DNA of 64,000 nucleotides from Desulfomonilia bacterium (GCA_963664325.2 CAXXDQ010000008.1:32001-96000); one strand, 5' to 3'. Counted from the stretch's first letter, positions 44,486 through 54,263 are shown. The notes: generated by a model not told the origin, from the letters alone. Made by a program: numbers and translations.

Positions 44486-45954
44486 CAATGTCATTGACTT
44501 AACGAATGGGTTTATAGGCGTAATAGAACTCCCTTTGGTTTTTATGGTCCCTTGGAAAGATTCTGCCTGCTCTGACGGGTTCTTTAGATCGAACAAATAA
44601 GCTTAGTAATTTATTTATTAAATCCAGAAGGTTGTGATGTTTAAAGAGGAGGACGATGGTGTCTTTCATTTTGGACAGGGCCTGAGTGACATTGATTTTG
44701 TAAGGATACTTTTTGGCATCGACTTGCTGATCGATGATATCCTGTGCCGGGAGAGTGAGAGCAGCCGTTATGTTCATGGCAAACATTTTGGCGTGGAAAT
44801 CCTGGTATATGGATTCGATGGTTTTGCCGGAGAAATTTTCAATTTGGACACGTTGCTTTGCCGTTTTAAAGTTTTCTTCAGCCATCCAGCGCAGGTGGTA
44901 GAGTTTTTTGAAAATACCATGAGGATAGCGCTTCGTGTCCATAAGTGAAGTGACCAGGATTTCGGTTTTTCCACCTTTGAGTTTCACTCTGATGGCGCGT
45001 ACCTGAAAAGGAACGATGGAGAGGTTTAGTTCATTACATTTTTTACGGGAGACCACGCTTGGATACAGGGTGATGATCTGTTCTTTATCCTGGGATAAAA
45101 AGAAGTTTCTGACCGAATCCCAATGAGCCTCCTTAATCCTGCTACAGAAATGCCCACCTTTGGCAAGAATCAGGGCGAAAAACCAGAATGCCGGGTAGCC
45201 TCTATCCAAAAGAACCAGGTCCCCTGTTCTGAACTGCTCTGCATGTGAAATGGCCAGAGATCTTTCTCCTTGCTCTTTTGGACAGATAAGAGCATCAACG
45301 ACAAGACCGTTTAAGACATCATGTAGCTGAGAGATTCTGGCGACAGGGCATTCACCACCCCTGTTTGAATGCCACACGCCGAAATGATCGGCAATCTTCC
45401 TGATTCTGGGGATTCGGACTGTTGAGCCATCGATGGCCATCAAGCGAAACCCTTTCCATTTCCGGCAGGAAAAGTGTTCATAGAAAAAGGAGATCAACTT
45501 CCGGTTCAGCGCGATAAAAGCTTGATGGCGAAGTTTTCTTCGGGCTTTGGTGAAGGCGCTTTTCGTGACCCTTCTTTCCGCCGTGTCTTTTTCATGAATG
45601 ATCTTGAAAAAATAATCCAATTCATCCTGAATGGAGCCCTTGATGAGATTAATGAGGAAAAAGATGATGGTGTGGAATGGAAGAATCCGTTGCCGGACAA
45701 AATCATTAGGACAGCGGCGGAATTGATCTAAAAAAGTTTGGGAAGTGATAATATTTTTAAGAAATTCAATAAGATTGGCACAATTTTTCAAACGCAGGTT
45801 CCATGCCACCTTGACCGTTTGTTTGAAGAATTTTTGACATTATTTTCTCCCTCCCGGAATTATTTTGCCTTCCATCAAAACCATGGCAAATATATCATAA
45901 CTACATGTATTTGCAAGCTAAATAAACAATTTATCCCTTAAGTCAATGGCATTG
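44486..45954 (-). mobile_element. IS4-family insertion sequence, copy A (1469 bp)
   Basis: TIRs CAATGTCATTGACTTAA / TTAAGTCAATGGCATTG; 10-bp direct repeat AGGTCGTTTC on both sides. Confidence 0.9.
44499..45809 (-). CDS. IS4-family DDE transposase
   Basis: AIDGS, LDRGY, Y..RW..E..FK (YREK) motifs. Confidence 0.92.
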   Translation of the reverse strand: MAWNLRLKNCANLIEFLKNIITSQTFLDQFRRCPNDFVRQRILPFHTIIFFLINLIKGSIQDELDYFFKIIHEKDTAERRVTKSAFTKARRKLRHQAFIALNRKLISFFYEHFSCRKWKGFRLMAIDGSTVRIPRIRKIADHFGVWHSNRGGECPVARISQLHDVLNGLVVDALICPKEQGERSLAISHAEQFRTGDLVLLDRGYPAFWFFALILAKGGHFCSRIKEAHWDSVRNFFLSQDKEQIITLYPSVVSRKKCNELNLSIVPFQVRAIRVKLKGGKTEILVTSLMDTKRYPHGIFKKLYHLRWMAEENFKTAKQRVQIENFSGKTIESIYQDFHAKMFAMNITAALTLPAQDIIDQQVDAKKYPYKINVTQALSKMKDTIVLLFKHHNLLDLINKLLSLFVRSKEPVRAGRIFPRDHKNQREFYYAYKPIR

Positions 45955-46172
45955 AGGTCGTTTCCAAGGTCATGGAGTTAGGCCCGATGGCTCCCCTCTT
46001 TGCAAAGAGATGGTGTCATGGATGAAAAATAATGACGGCGTTTTACGTTTCATGTCCACCGCCTATGACGATGAAGAAACCATTTCATTTTTTCTGGTCA
46101 AAAAACATGATTTAAAACCCTAAATAGGCCATTTATTTAAATATTAACTCATGATTTCCAATACTTAACTTG

Positions 46173-46192
46173 TACTTAACTTGGTCCGACCC
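46173..46192. repeat. 20-bp arm of an inverted repeat (partner at 54134-54153)
   Basis: TACTTAACTTGGTCCGACCC vs reverse complement of GGGTCGTACCAAGTTAAGTA, 19/20 match. Confidence 0.7.
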
Positions 46193-46347
46193 GTTTGATG
46201 TCGTTTCCTCCTTTATTTGTCGTCTACCAGCCATCTTCGTAACTTAATTTCGTTTTTAAAATCCGGATCATATGGGTGTATTGGGGGCAATCCCAATTTT
46301 GACAATATTTTTTTGAAATGATCAGGGCCGTCTTTACTTGTAACGAA

Positions 46348-46455
46348 TGAAACATTGGGGTCAGCCCTTGACACGATGAAACATTGGGGTCAGTGAAACA
46401 TTGGGGTCAGCCCTTGACACGGGACAATATGCCTTCCAACACCTTCATTTCCTCG
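46348..46455. repeat. Triple tandem RAYT-element end fragment
   Basis: TGAAACATTGGGGTCAG at 46348, 46377, 46394; the last continues CCCTTGACACGGGACA...CCAACACCTTCATTTCC as at 51475. Confidence 0.85.
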
Positions 46456-46495
46456 ATCTGTATTGGTGTCCGTCTCCTCTTTTATTCGCCTCCCA

Positions 46496-47341
46496 TTAAG
46501 GGGACTTGGCAAGACGGAATCCTATATTTGCGTATCTTAAATCTTGACCGCAAAAGTGTCTTTTTATTGAAGTACAATCCTCTGCGCTGCTTATAGTACT
46601 GCCACCCCTGATACCCGCAGTTGAACCTGAATCGAAATCTTCACCCGAATATTGCACCCACTCAAAGACATTGCCTGCCATATCATAAAACCCCAAATCA
46701 TTTGGCTTCTTCTTTCCAACAGGATGATTTTTTCCTCCGGAATTTTTTTCGTACCAAGCATAATGTTCGAGGTCTTCAGTTTTACTTGTGCCAGCCCATC
46801 TTTCTTTTTTACCTCCACTGCGAGCTGCGTATTCCCATTCGGCTTCTGTTGGCATGCGATAATTCTGACCAGTTCTCATGTTTAATTTATGGATAAATTC
46901 TTTTATTTGGACCCAACTTACGTTTTCCACCGGGCATTCATCACCACAATTATCAAAATAAGACGGATTACCCAGCCATTTTTTTAATTGCTTATATATG
47001 CCGATAAAACTCAATTCCGTGGTGCTATTATTGGGTGTGTCGCTTAAAAAGCCCATCACTTGTTTCCACTGCCTTTGTGTAACTTCGTATTTTCCAAGAT
47101 AAAAGTCCCCAAGACAAACTTCTTTGACCGGTTCATTATTATAATTTTGTTGATCGACATATGTTAATGTTGCACCCATCTGATAACAGCCGCTTTTCAC
47201 GAGTATAAGCTCTATGGGTTCAATTTTACTTGGCGCCATGATCCAGACGGCAGCACAGGCAATAGAGATAAAAGCAATAAACAAGAACATCTTAAATACT
47301 TTTCTCGGGCTTGTAGGGTCGAATTGCTTGATTTTATGCAT
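46496..47341 (-). CDS. FGE-sulfatase (SUMF1/CLec-fold) domain protein with N-terminal membrane anchor
   Basis: YEVTQ, PVENVSW, RMPTEAEWEYAAR, DMAGNVFEW, RGGS...GFRLA; AT-rich. Confidence 0.85.
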   Translation of the reverse strand: MHKIKQFDPTSPRKVFKMFLFIAFISIACAAVWIMAPSKIEPIELILVKSGCYQMGATLTYVDQQNYNNEPVKEVCLGDFYLGKYEVTQRQWKQVMGFLSDTPNNSTTELSFIGIYKQLKKWLGNPSYFDNCGDECPVENVSWVQIKEFIHKLNMRTGQNYRMPTEAEWEYAARSGGKKERWAGTSKTEDLEHYAWYEKNSGGKNHPVGKKKPNDLGFYDMAGNVFEWVQYSGEDFDSGSTAGIRGGSTISSAEDCTSIKRHFCGQDLRYANIGFRLAKSP

Positions 47342-47609
47342 TTATATTGAATTGAATTGATTGTTAAATCTTATTGATAAGCACTCACTTTTTGAGGAAG
47401 GACTATAAGTAAAATGTTATTGTATGTCAAGGTAAAATTTCTACAATATTTAATGGTGATTGTAAATGCTTGGTGTAGTTCTGCCGAAGAGGGCATCATT
47501 TTTATAATTTGCCGCTTTTTTCGATGTTCGAGGAACTGCATTGGGGTCACCCATTAAAAGGCAGCTGTCAAGAGAAAAAAATACTTCCTGCACAATGAAG
47601 AGCTGTATT

Positions 47610-47766
47610 GGGGTCAGTCCTTGACACAGGACAATATGCCTTCCAACACCTTCATTTCCTCGTGCAAATCCGGATTCGTGGTCATTTCTTTTGCGAATCG
47701 CTGATAGGCTTTCGCTACCGCCGCTGTTCCCATACCCGTCAATGTCCCATGTCAAGGGCTGACCCC
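47610..47766. mobile_element. 157-bp non-autonomous mini-element (internal deletion derivative of the RAYT element)
   Basis: Left about 128 bp matches 51475-51601; right end AATGTCCCATGTCAAGGGCTGACCCC matches 52500-52525. Confidence 0.85.
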
Positions 47767-47776
47767 TTTGCGTCGA

Positions 47777-49660
47777 TTAAAAGGAGAAAAGGGTCCCATC
47801 TTCAAAGCGGCGGAGAAAGTGTCCCACGGAAAAGCCGCGTAAGAGTTTCGGCCAGTAACACCTCATTCCGCCATCTGCAGCAATCTGTTCGCCGGACCAC
47901 TGCATCATCTGTTCGAGTTTCTCCAGGTCCAGCGTCCGTGCCGCCAGATCGGCCTTTTTCATGCGGGCCAGCTCGGCAAGGGCCTCTTCCCTTTGCTTTT
48001 CAAAGTGGATAGGAAAGTCCGCCGCCTGGAGACCCCGGCGCTGCTCCGTGCGGACCTGTTCCGGCAGCCGGCCGACCATTGCATTACGGATCAGCGATCT
48101 GGGCACGCCCTTTTCGCAGTAGTATTCGACAGGCACGGAAAGGCAGAATTCAATCACTTTCCGGTCCGCGGTCGGATCAAGCCTCGAAATGCCTGTTAAG
48201 CGCCTGAACGCATCATAAACTGCTCCGACTTCAGGCCTGCGTAAATGGAGAATCCGCAACGCACTCGGGGAACGTTCATTGTTCCGGTCCAATGCCATGG
48301 AATCAAGTCCGTGACGATGGGCGAATTCGCGCCGGATCATGGAGTAGTCAAACAATCCTCTGGTGTTGCCTCGCGTTCTATTAATAAGACCGCGAAGTTC
48401 CAGCGGAATCCATGGAGTTAACGCTTCGTAAACGATACCGGGCCAGCGACGCGAACCGTAATGCCGCATATCCCGGGCCAGCCTGGTCATCGCCATAAAG
48501 CGTCTTTCTGATGCGAGCAGACACAGTGCCAGCCGGCCATTATAACTGATGCTGATGTTTCCTAAAGTTCCGACCAGGAGGGTGTCGAGTTTGAGTTGCC
48601 GCGCTTGCAGGCTGCTCTCATAGATCCAGTCATAGTTTGCCGGATTAAAGATCGGCTCCATCAGCTCCGCACTGAAGAGGTCCATCAATGCAAAGACGGA
48701 GTGGCGTCCATGGCGGACAAGAACATGGTCCACATTCGGCCACATCGCGGCGACCGATGCGGCGGCCTGGCCTTCGTCACAAAAACGCCCGGCGAGATCG
48801 GCCTCCGGGTGCACCGGGACCGCTGTGAAGGCATGGAGACGGCGGTTTTCATTGTTCAGGATTTCCGCAGCCAGGGAGGTTACGGTGGAGCTGTCCAGAC
48901 CTCCGCTCAACAGCGCGCCTGCGTCGGCACGAGCGGGCAAATGGTCACGGATAGCTTGCGTGAGTACATCCCGCAGCCCATCGGCATATTCCCTGGAATC
49001 CTTGAGATGAAGCGGCGAAATCTTTTCCGGGTGCCAGTAAACGTCTCGCGCAATTCGACCCTGCTCGAAGCTAAGGACGCTTCCCGGTATCATGCGATAG
49101 ACGTTTTCGAAGAAAGTGCTGTCGCTTCCGACATGGGTCAGGGAAAGCCAGCGGGCCAGGTAGTTTTCATTGATGCGGGGAGTCGTCCCCGCTGCCGCCA
49201 GCAGATCACGCAGGTCCCTGGCAAAGAAAAATGATTCACCGTGCTGCGCATAAAAAAGGGCAAAGCTTCCTTCCGGCCCGCATCCCAGCAGTAAGCGGGC
49301 TGCGGCCTGATCCCAGAGGGCAAAGACAAACTCTCCTTCGAGATATCCGGGAAACCCGGCACCCCACCTCCGGTACGCGCGAAGCAGAAGTTCCGGCTCG
49401 CTCAGCGGCCCTGCATCAAGTTGGGCGGCCAGTTCTCTTGAATTGCAGATCCTGCCGTCAAGGAGGATGCCAAAGTCGTCGGCACAGGCGCTGAAAGACT
49501 GTGCCTGAAGCTCGAGACGATAATTGCCCAGCTGGCAGAGCCGAACTGAACGCGCCTCCCTGATCCCTTGCACAGCGCCTTCAATCCCGACACGAGCCGA
49601 GACAACACCGCAGAAAGACGAAGGTTGCATGGCGCCTTCAGGTGGACTGGTTTGAATCAA
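47777..49660 (-). CDS. Asparagine synthetase-like lasso peptide cyclase (C protein)
   Basis: LSGGLDSS ATP-binding motif, degenerate glutaminase domain without N-terminal Cys, R..MVGRLP; adjacent to precursor, RRE and kinase. Confidence 0.8.
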   Translation of the reverse strand: MIQTSPPEGAMQPSSFCGVVSARVGIEGAVQGIREARSVRLCQLGNYRLELQAQSFSACADDFGILLDGRICNSRELAAQLDAGPLSEPELLLRAYRRWGAGFPGYLEGEFVFALWDQAAARLLLGCGPEGSFALFYAQHGESFFFARDLRDLLAAAGTTPRINENYLARWLSLTHVGSDSTFFENVYRMIPGSVLSFEQGRIARDVYWHPEKISPLHLKDSREYADGLRDVLTQAIRDHLPARADAGALLSGGLDSSTVTSLAAEILNNENRRLHAFTAVPVHPEADLAGRFCDEGQAAASVAAMWPNVDHVLVRHGRHSVFALMDLFSAELMEPIFNPANYDWIYESSLQARQLKLDTLLVGTLGNISISYNGRLALCLLASERRFMAMTRLARDMRHYGSRRWPGIVYEALTPWIPLELRGLINRTRGNTRGLFDYSMIRREFAHRHGLDSMALDRNNERSPSALRILHLRRPEVGAVYDAFRRLTGISRLDPTADRKVIEFCLSVPVEYYCEKGVPRSLIRNAMVGRLPEQVRTEQRRGLQAADFPIHFEKQREEALAELARMKKADLAARTLDLEKLEQMMQWSGEQIAADGGMRCYWPKLLRGFSVGHFLRRFEDGTLFSF

Positions 49661-49710
49661 CCGGTTTATTTTGCGACACTTCTTTTGAAGCTGAATTTCC
49701 AGCGGCCACG

Positions 49711-49866
49711 CTATGAAAAATGTAAATCAATATCAGATGATGGATCTACGAACCCTTCTTCGGTTTGATCCACGTCCATTTCCTCAAACGCTGGTGTCTG
49801 CCACGGTTTAAGTTCCGTTACTTCCTTGTTTGGGGAGAAAATCACAAGGCGAGAGTCTTCTTTCAT
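49711..49866 (-). CDS. Paeninodin-like lasso peptide precursor (51 aa)
   Basis: RBS AGGAGG; MKEDSRLVIFSPNKEVTELKPWQTPAFEEMDVDQTE-EGFVDPSSDIDLHFS; WxxPxxExxDVxxT leader motif, C-terminal Ser. Confidence 0.8.
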   Translation of the reverse strand: MKEDSRLVIFSPNKEVTELKPWQTPAFEEMDVDQTEEGFVDPSSDIDLHFS

Positions 49867-50019
49867 GTTTCCTCCTGAAGGCCTAATCAAAGGCGATTTT
49901 GAAAAGTGGATGTTGGCACTACCTGCACACCCGAAACGTGGCAAAGGATATCGGAGCTGCCATCGTGCTGTCAAGGAAAAGTTACGGCATCATGGCATTA
50001 TTGCATGATTATATGTTGT

Positions 50020-50310
50020 TTATACGATAGCGATCAGCCTCTTGGCGATCATGCCTTTCAAAAAATCCGCCACACCTGTCCGGCATTGCTCCTCTTCCAC
50101 CCTGTATTCAGTCAGCAGCGCCGCCACGATATCCTTCATGGCGAGCGGTTTTTCGATCAAATCCCAGATCCGGCTCGCCACAGCGTCCAGACTGTAGTAT
50201 TTTCCGTTTTCAATGCTCATCATCACCCATTGGCCGTCCATGTCAGTGGCAACGATCCCGGCCGCACGAACCACTAAGGTATCAGCACTCAGTATCTGCT
50301 TTAATGTCAT
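50020..50310 (-). CDS. PqqD-family RiPP recognition element (B1)
   Basis: DMDG..VMMSIENGKYYSLD.VASRIWDLI...LLTEYRV. Confidence 0.9.
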   Translation of the reverse strand: MTLKQILSADTLVVRAAGIVATDMDGQWVMMSIENGKYYSLDAVASRIWDLIEKPLAMKDIVAALLTEYRVEEEQCRTGVADFLKGMIAKRLIAIV

Positions 50311-51349
50311 TCTTCAAATATCCTTTACTTTTCGCATGGTTAGGGTTAGCGCCGGAAATAGGTCCCGCCATCAGTTCCTCCACCAATTGCGCCTGTTTCG
50401 CAACGGAAAACTTTCCGCTGGGCCTCAGCAAACGGCAGACCTGAATCTGCTTCGACACGACCGCGCAACGTCTAAAATGCTCTGTTTTTAAGCCCAGCCC
50501 GGCCAACAGAAATCGTCGATAGGTATGCCTGAAGAGCACCGCGATTTTGTCCGGACCCGCGAGCCGAATCATGGCGGCCTCGGGACGGTTCTCGGCCCGC
50601 AGTTCAAAGATCGACGCCAAACGGATTGGATTCCGACAAAACCCCGTGTCCACGGCCACGGCATATTTGTCCATCCCTGACAGGATCGTCGGAAACGCGC
50701 TGACATCCATTCCCATATTATCCGCGCTGTCTTTCCACAGTTTCTGCTGCGGATAGCCGGGTTGCACGCAGGGCACATTTCCTTCGCCTATGGTTACGAC
50801 CGACACGTCATCGCTCAGAAAACCGGAGCCGCGATCCCGCAACGCCGCCACCAGGGTGGACTTACCCGCCCCGGAAGTTCCTGTAATGATTGCGGCTTGC
50901 CCTTTGATCTCGACGGCGCTTCCGTGGATCGGCAAAACCCCGCGCTGCATGAGCAGAGCGCCGAAAGCCGTCCCGAGAAGGAATAATCTGATCCTGCGGG
51001 GTTCAGCCGCCTGATCGGGCTCTACAACGATTCGCTTTCCGTCGGCGACATAGTAACGGCCCGCCTGCGCCGCGCGGAGGAGAAACTGGTTTGCGGCCGC
51101 CTGATAACGGTCATTGCTGACCAGTGCTTCCGGAATTTCCTGCGGTGTTTCGCCCAAAACGATCCGCACATCAGGAACCCCCTCCGTTGTTTCGAGCTCG
51201 TGGAAGAAGATATCCGAAGCGATATTCACGCCGAACGCCCGGAAAAGGAAAGGCTGTCCGCGGCCATGGATTGTTCGTCCCCCATAACCCGGGGTATGGA
51301 TGGCCTTCGATTTGAGATCTCGCAAATCCGAGCATTGTTGAGGATTCAT
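50282..51349 (-). CDS. HPr kinase-like lasso peptide kinase (PadeK-like; start uncertain)
   Basis: LLMQRGVLPIHGSA, GTSGAGKST, LSDD, PGYPQQKLW. Confidence 0.8.
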   Translation of the reverse strand: MNPQQCSDLRDLKSKAIHTPGYGGRTIHGRGQPFLFRAFGVNIASDIFFHELETTEGVPDVRIVLGETPQEIPEALVSNDRYQAAANQFLLRAAQAGRYYVADGKRIVVEPDQAAEPRRIRLFLLGTAFGALLMQRGVLPIHGSAVEIKGQAAIITGTSGAGKSTLVAALRDRGSGFLSDDVSVVTIGEGNVPCVQPGYPQQKLWKDSADNMGMDVSAFPTILSGMDKYAVAVDTGFCRNPIRLASIFELRAENRPEAAMIRLAGPDKIAVLFRHTYRRFLLAGLGLKTEHFRRCAVVSKQIQVCRLLRPSGKFSVAKQAQLVEELMAGPISGANPNHAKSKGYLKNDIKADTEC

Positions 51350-51474
51350 ACTGCTAAACTTACCGGTATTATTTGATAAGATTCGCTGTGCTGTTTTGTC
51401 GGCGAGTATAAGTGAGACCTCGTGGGAATGTCAACCCAAAATTGACCACCCCTGAGTGTGATGGCGAGTGTGAT

Positions 51475-52525
51475 GGGGTCAGCCCTTGACACGGGACAAA
51501 TTGCCCTCCAACACCTTCATTTCCTTCTGCAAATCCGGATTCGTGGTCAGCTCTTTTGCGAATCGCTGATAGGCTTTCGCTACCGCCGCTGTTCCCATAC
51601 CCGCCAATAAATCGCCAATCTCCCGGTTGGTGGCGCTTGTATGTTTTTTCAGAAGATAAAGGCATCTTCTCTTGATGTCATTTCGCTCCCTGTTTATCAC
51701 TGATTTCAATGTAAGTCCGTAATGAGAACATAATGCTGAAACAATCTCCTCCGGCAGCAGTTTTGCACGCAAAATCCTCCGGTTCGATATGTCTGCCTTT
51801 GTCAGTCGTATTGCTTCTATCTTCCTCAATACTTCTTTGATAAAATCCGAACCGCCAAGAATAATTCCTCCGTAGACTTTCTTAAAGGGGCTTTCGATTT
51901 CCCCTCCCAATGCACTCTCCACAAAGGACTTGTACTTCGTTTTGGCCGCATCCGGATTGGACTCAAGCATTGCCAGAATGGTTGTGGTGTCGACAAGACT
52001 GTCGCTATTCATCGTCGTATAGGCATTGTAGCTGCTGTATGGATAATCTTCCGGTTTTTCCACTATCTTCGCCCGAACGGGATTAAGGTGCAGATATCTG
52101 CTCAATTCAAGAAGGTAGCTGTCTCTTTCAACGACGATTGATTTGAACCGGCCTTGGAAAAGATGGCCACTGCGCTTTCTTTTAATATTGCCATACGTGG
52201 TGTAAGAACCGTTTATATAATGCATCACCTTGCTGAGATTCTTCTCCGGTGTCTCAATAAGCAGATGATAGTGGTTCGTCATAAGGACGTATCCCCGGAT
52301 AATGACCCCATATTTTTCCACGGCAGCCGCAAGGTATTCCTTGAATTTTTCGTAATCCCTTTGGCTAAAGAATATCTTCTGACGCTCATTTCCACGGGCT
52401 GTCACATGGAAAATTGCACCTTCGTATTCAATCCGTAACGGTCTTGCCACTTTTTCACCGCCAATCAATGGCCAGGAAATATGATGGTTTGTCTTGTGAA
52501 ATGTCCCATGTCAAGGGCTGACCCC
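51475..52525 (-). mobile_element. RAYT-like Y1 HUH element with 24-bp terminal inverted repeats (1051 bp)
   Basis: Left GGGGTCAGCCCTTGACACGGGACA, right TGTCCCATGTCAAGGGCTGACCCC (1 mismatch); the transposase stop codon lies in the left repeat. Confidence 0.8.
51479..52468 (-). CDS. REP-associated tyrosine transposase-like protein (Y1_Tnp plus C-terminal HTH)
   Basis: ARPLRIEY, HVTARGN, MTNHYHLL (HUH), FQGRFKS, RYLHLNPVRA, YPYSSY. Confidence 0.9.
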   Translation of the reverse strand: MIGGEKVARPLRIEYEGAIFHVTARGNERQKIFFSQRDYEKFKEYLAAAVEKYGVIIRGYVLMTNHYHLLIETPEKNLSKVMHYINGSYTTYGNIKRKRSGHLFQGRFKSIVVERDSYLLELSRYLHLNPVRAKIVEKPEDYPYSSYNAYTTMNSDSLVDTTTILAMLESNPDAAKTKYKSFVESALGGEIESPFKKVYGGIILGGSDFIKEVLRKIEAIRLTKADISNRRILRAKLLPEEIVSALCSHYGLTLKSVINRERNDIKRRCLYLLKKHTSATNREIGDLLAGMGTAAVAKAYQRFAKELTTNPDLQKEMKVLEGNLSRVKG

Positions 52526-52532
52526 TTTGCTT

Positions 52533-52833
52533 CCTTGCTGAGATTCTTCTCCCGGTGTCTCAATAAGCAGATCGATAGTTTCCGTCATAAGGACGTATCC
52601 CCGGATAATGACTCCATATTTCTTCACGGCAGCCCGCAAACGTATTCCTTGAATTTTTCGTAATCCCTTTGGCTAAAGAATATCTTCTGACGCTCATTTC
52701 CACGGGCTGTCACATGGAAAATTGCACCCTCATATTCAATCCGTAAGGGTCTTGCCACTTTTTCACCGCCAATCAATGGCCAGGAAATATGATGGTTTGT
52801 CTTGTGAAATGTCCCATGTCAAGGGCTGACCCC
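52533..52833 (-). repeat. Tandem degenerate duplicate of the RAYT 5' portion and right end
   Basis: Repeats about 52228-52525 with several indels, ending GTCAAGGGCTGACCCC TTTGC. Confidence 0.8.
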
Positions 52834-52869
52834 TTTGCTTCTGCATTTTCTGGTCTCTTTCGTGAGTTA

Positions 52870-54007
52870 TCAATGTGATTATTCTTAATCGCTGCGCAAA
52901 TCAGGCAACAATCTCAAGTACGGGTTCTTACTCGGAAATTTGTCATCGGAAGTCATTATCCCAATCGTAGCCATACGGGATGGTGCAATGGGTACAGTAT
53001 ATTTCATCTATGCGGTGAGCCATCGTGGACACGGTGAACGTCTATCAGCCATGTTGACGACTTCGTTACCCCCAGCATACTCCCCATCCGGCGAAACGGC
53101 TGCACTGAATCGATCAGAGCCGCCATCGAGATACCCTGTCTGATGGTTTCCGTCCTGTGCGAATAGAGATAATATTTTCCCGCAAGGCCGGCTGCTCGTA
53201 AAAAAGAGACGTTGTGCCGTCTTTACTCAACAAGAGGCTTTTGATAGGAGGATGTCCCTTTTTCAAAAAGATGGTAGGGCCGCTGGGGTAAAACATCTCC
53301 ATGCCTTTCATGGTGAGAACGCCAACGAGGTAAACGTTATTCTTTCTCGCTTCTTCCCAGTATCAATCCTCTTTTGCTGGCATTAGGCGCTCATCGTTTC
53401 GGCATGACGTTAGTCCGGGGAAAGGCAAAGGGTCAGTTCTGCATAGTAGAGGAACTTCTCGTCATCGCCGGGGAATATAACAAACGCTAACCCATATAGG
53501 AAGTATTCATAGAATGCGTCAGACTGGGTTTCTTTTCGCCTGTTTCCAGATATCCACTTCCCAGGCGTCGTATCCCGATGCCGGTGTTCCACGGCCCTGT
53601 CTTCCTGATGCGGCTGGCACTTTCACATACAGGACCTTCTTCCCGGATTGTGAGAAAATGCCGGGTATAGAGCTTAGGGAAAGGGCTGGAGGTGAGTTTC
53701 CGGTAAAGTTTTTGCCATCTGTATCCATGACGGCAATCTGCATCTCGCATTAGATCGAAATTTTTTTCACCTAACGGGTATGGTACGGAAAAGACGTAAT
53801 TTTCGATCCCATCATAGGAATACTTTCGCCATGGTCCAGCGTTGCTCCTTTCGGCGGCGGCTGGTAGGCGTTGCCAGTTCTCCCGTTTGCAAGATCATAG
53901 ACCTGAATCTGGCAGTCTATAATCCCGGCAACGATCAAAAAACAAGTTTCTTACCATCGTGTGAAAAACTGAGATGATCAATGGTGATCTTTTATTTTAT
54001 CTGTCAT
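52870..54007 (-). pseudogene. Fragmented TolB/PD40 beta-propeller-like gene
   Basis: RBS AGGAGG, MTDKIKITIDHLSFSHDGKKLVF..., QIAVMDTDGKN, FSQSGKKVLY, AVSPDG in different frames; 3' end approximate. Confidence 0.5.
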
Positions 54008-54133
54008 GGCACAGTCGCACAACCTCCTATAGACATTGTTAAAATAGAGACGGGAAGAATAAAAAATAACAACAACAATTGTCTCGTCATTTGGCTGCGT
54101 GTCTGAAGTATCTGGGGCGGAAATAGCAATTTG

Positions 54134-54153
54134 GGGTCGTACCAAGTTAAGTA
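54134..54153. repeat. Second arm of the 20-bp inverted repeat
   Basis: GGGTCGTACCAAGTTAAGTA. Confidence 0.7.
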
Positions 54154-54263
54154 GCTTAGATATCTCAGGTGATATTCCATGTTAACCCCCTGTTTTTATG
54201 CCCAAAATCATCATTTTTGGCGTCAAAATGAACATCTTCACAATGGCACGGCCATCTCCCAGC

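Noticed and set aside
46348-46425. Short direct repeats as a CRISPR array
   Set aside because: No unique spacers of regular length and no cas genes; the repeats match the RAYT element end.
46496-47341. FGE/CLec-fold gene as a diversity-generating retroelement target
   Set aside because: No reverse transcriptase, and I found no template repeat differing at adenines in the window.
47777-49660. Housekeeping asparagine synthetase asnB
   Set aside because: Lacks the N-terminal catalytic Cys and sits with an RRE, a kinase and a precursor.
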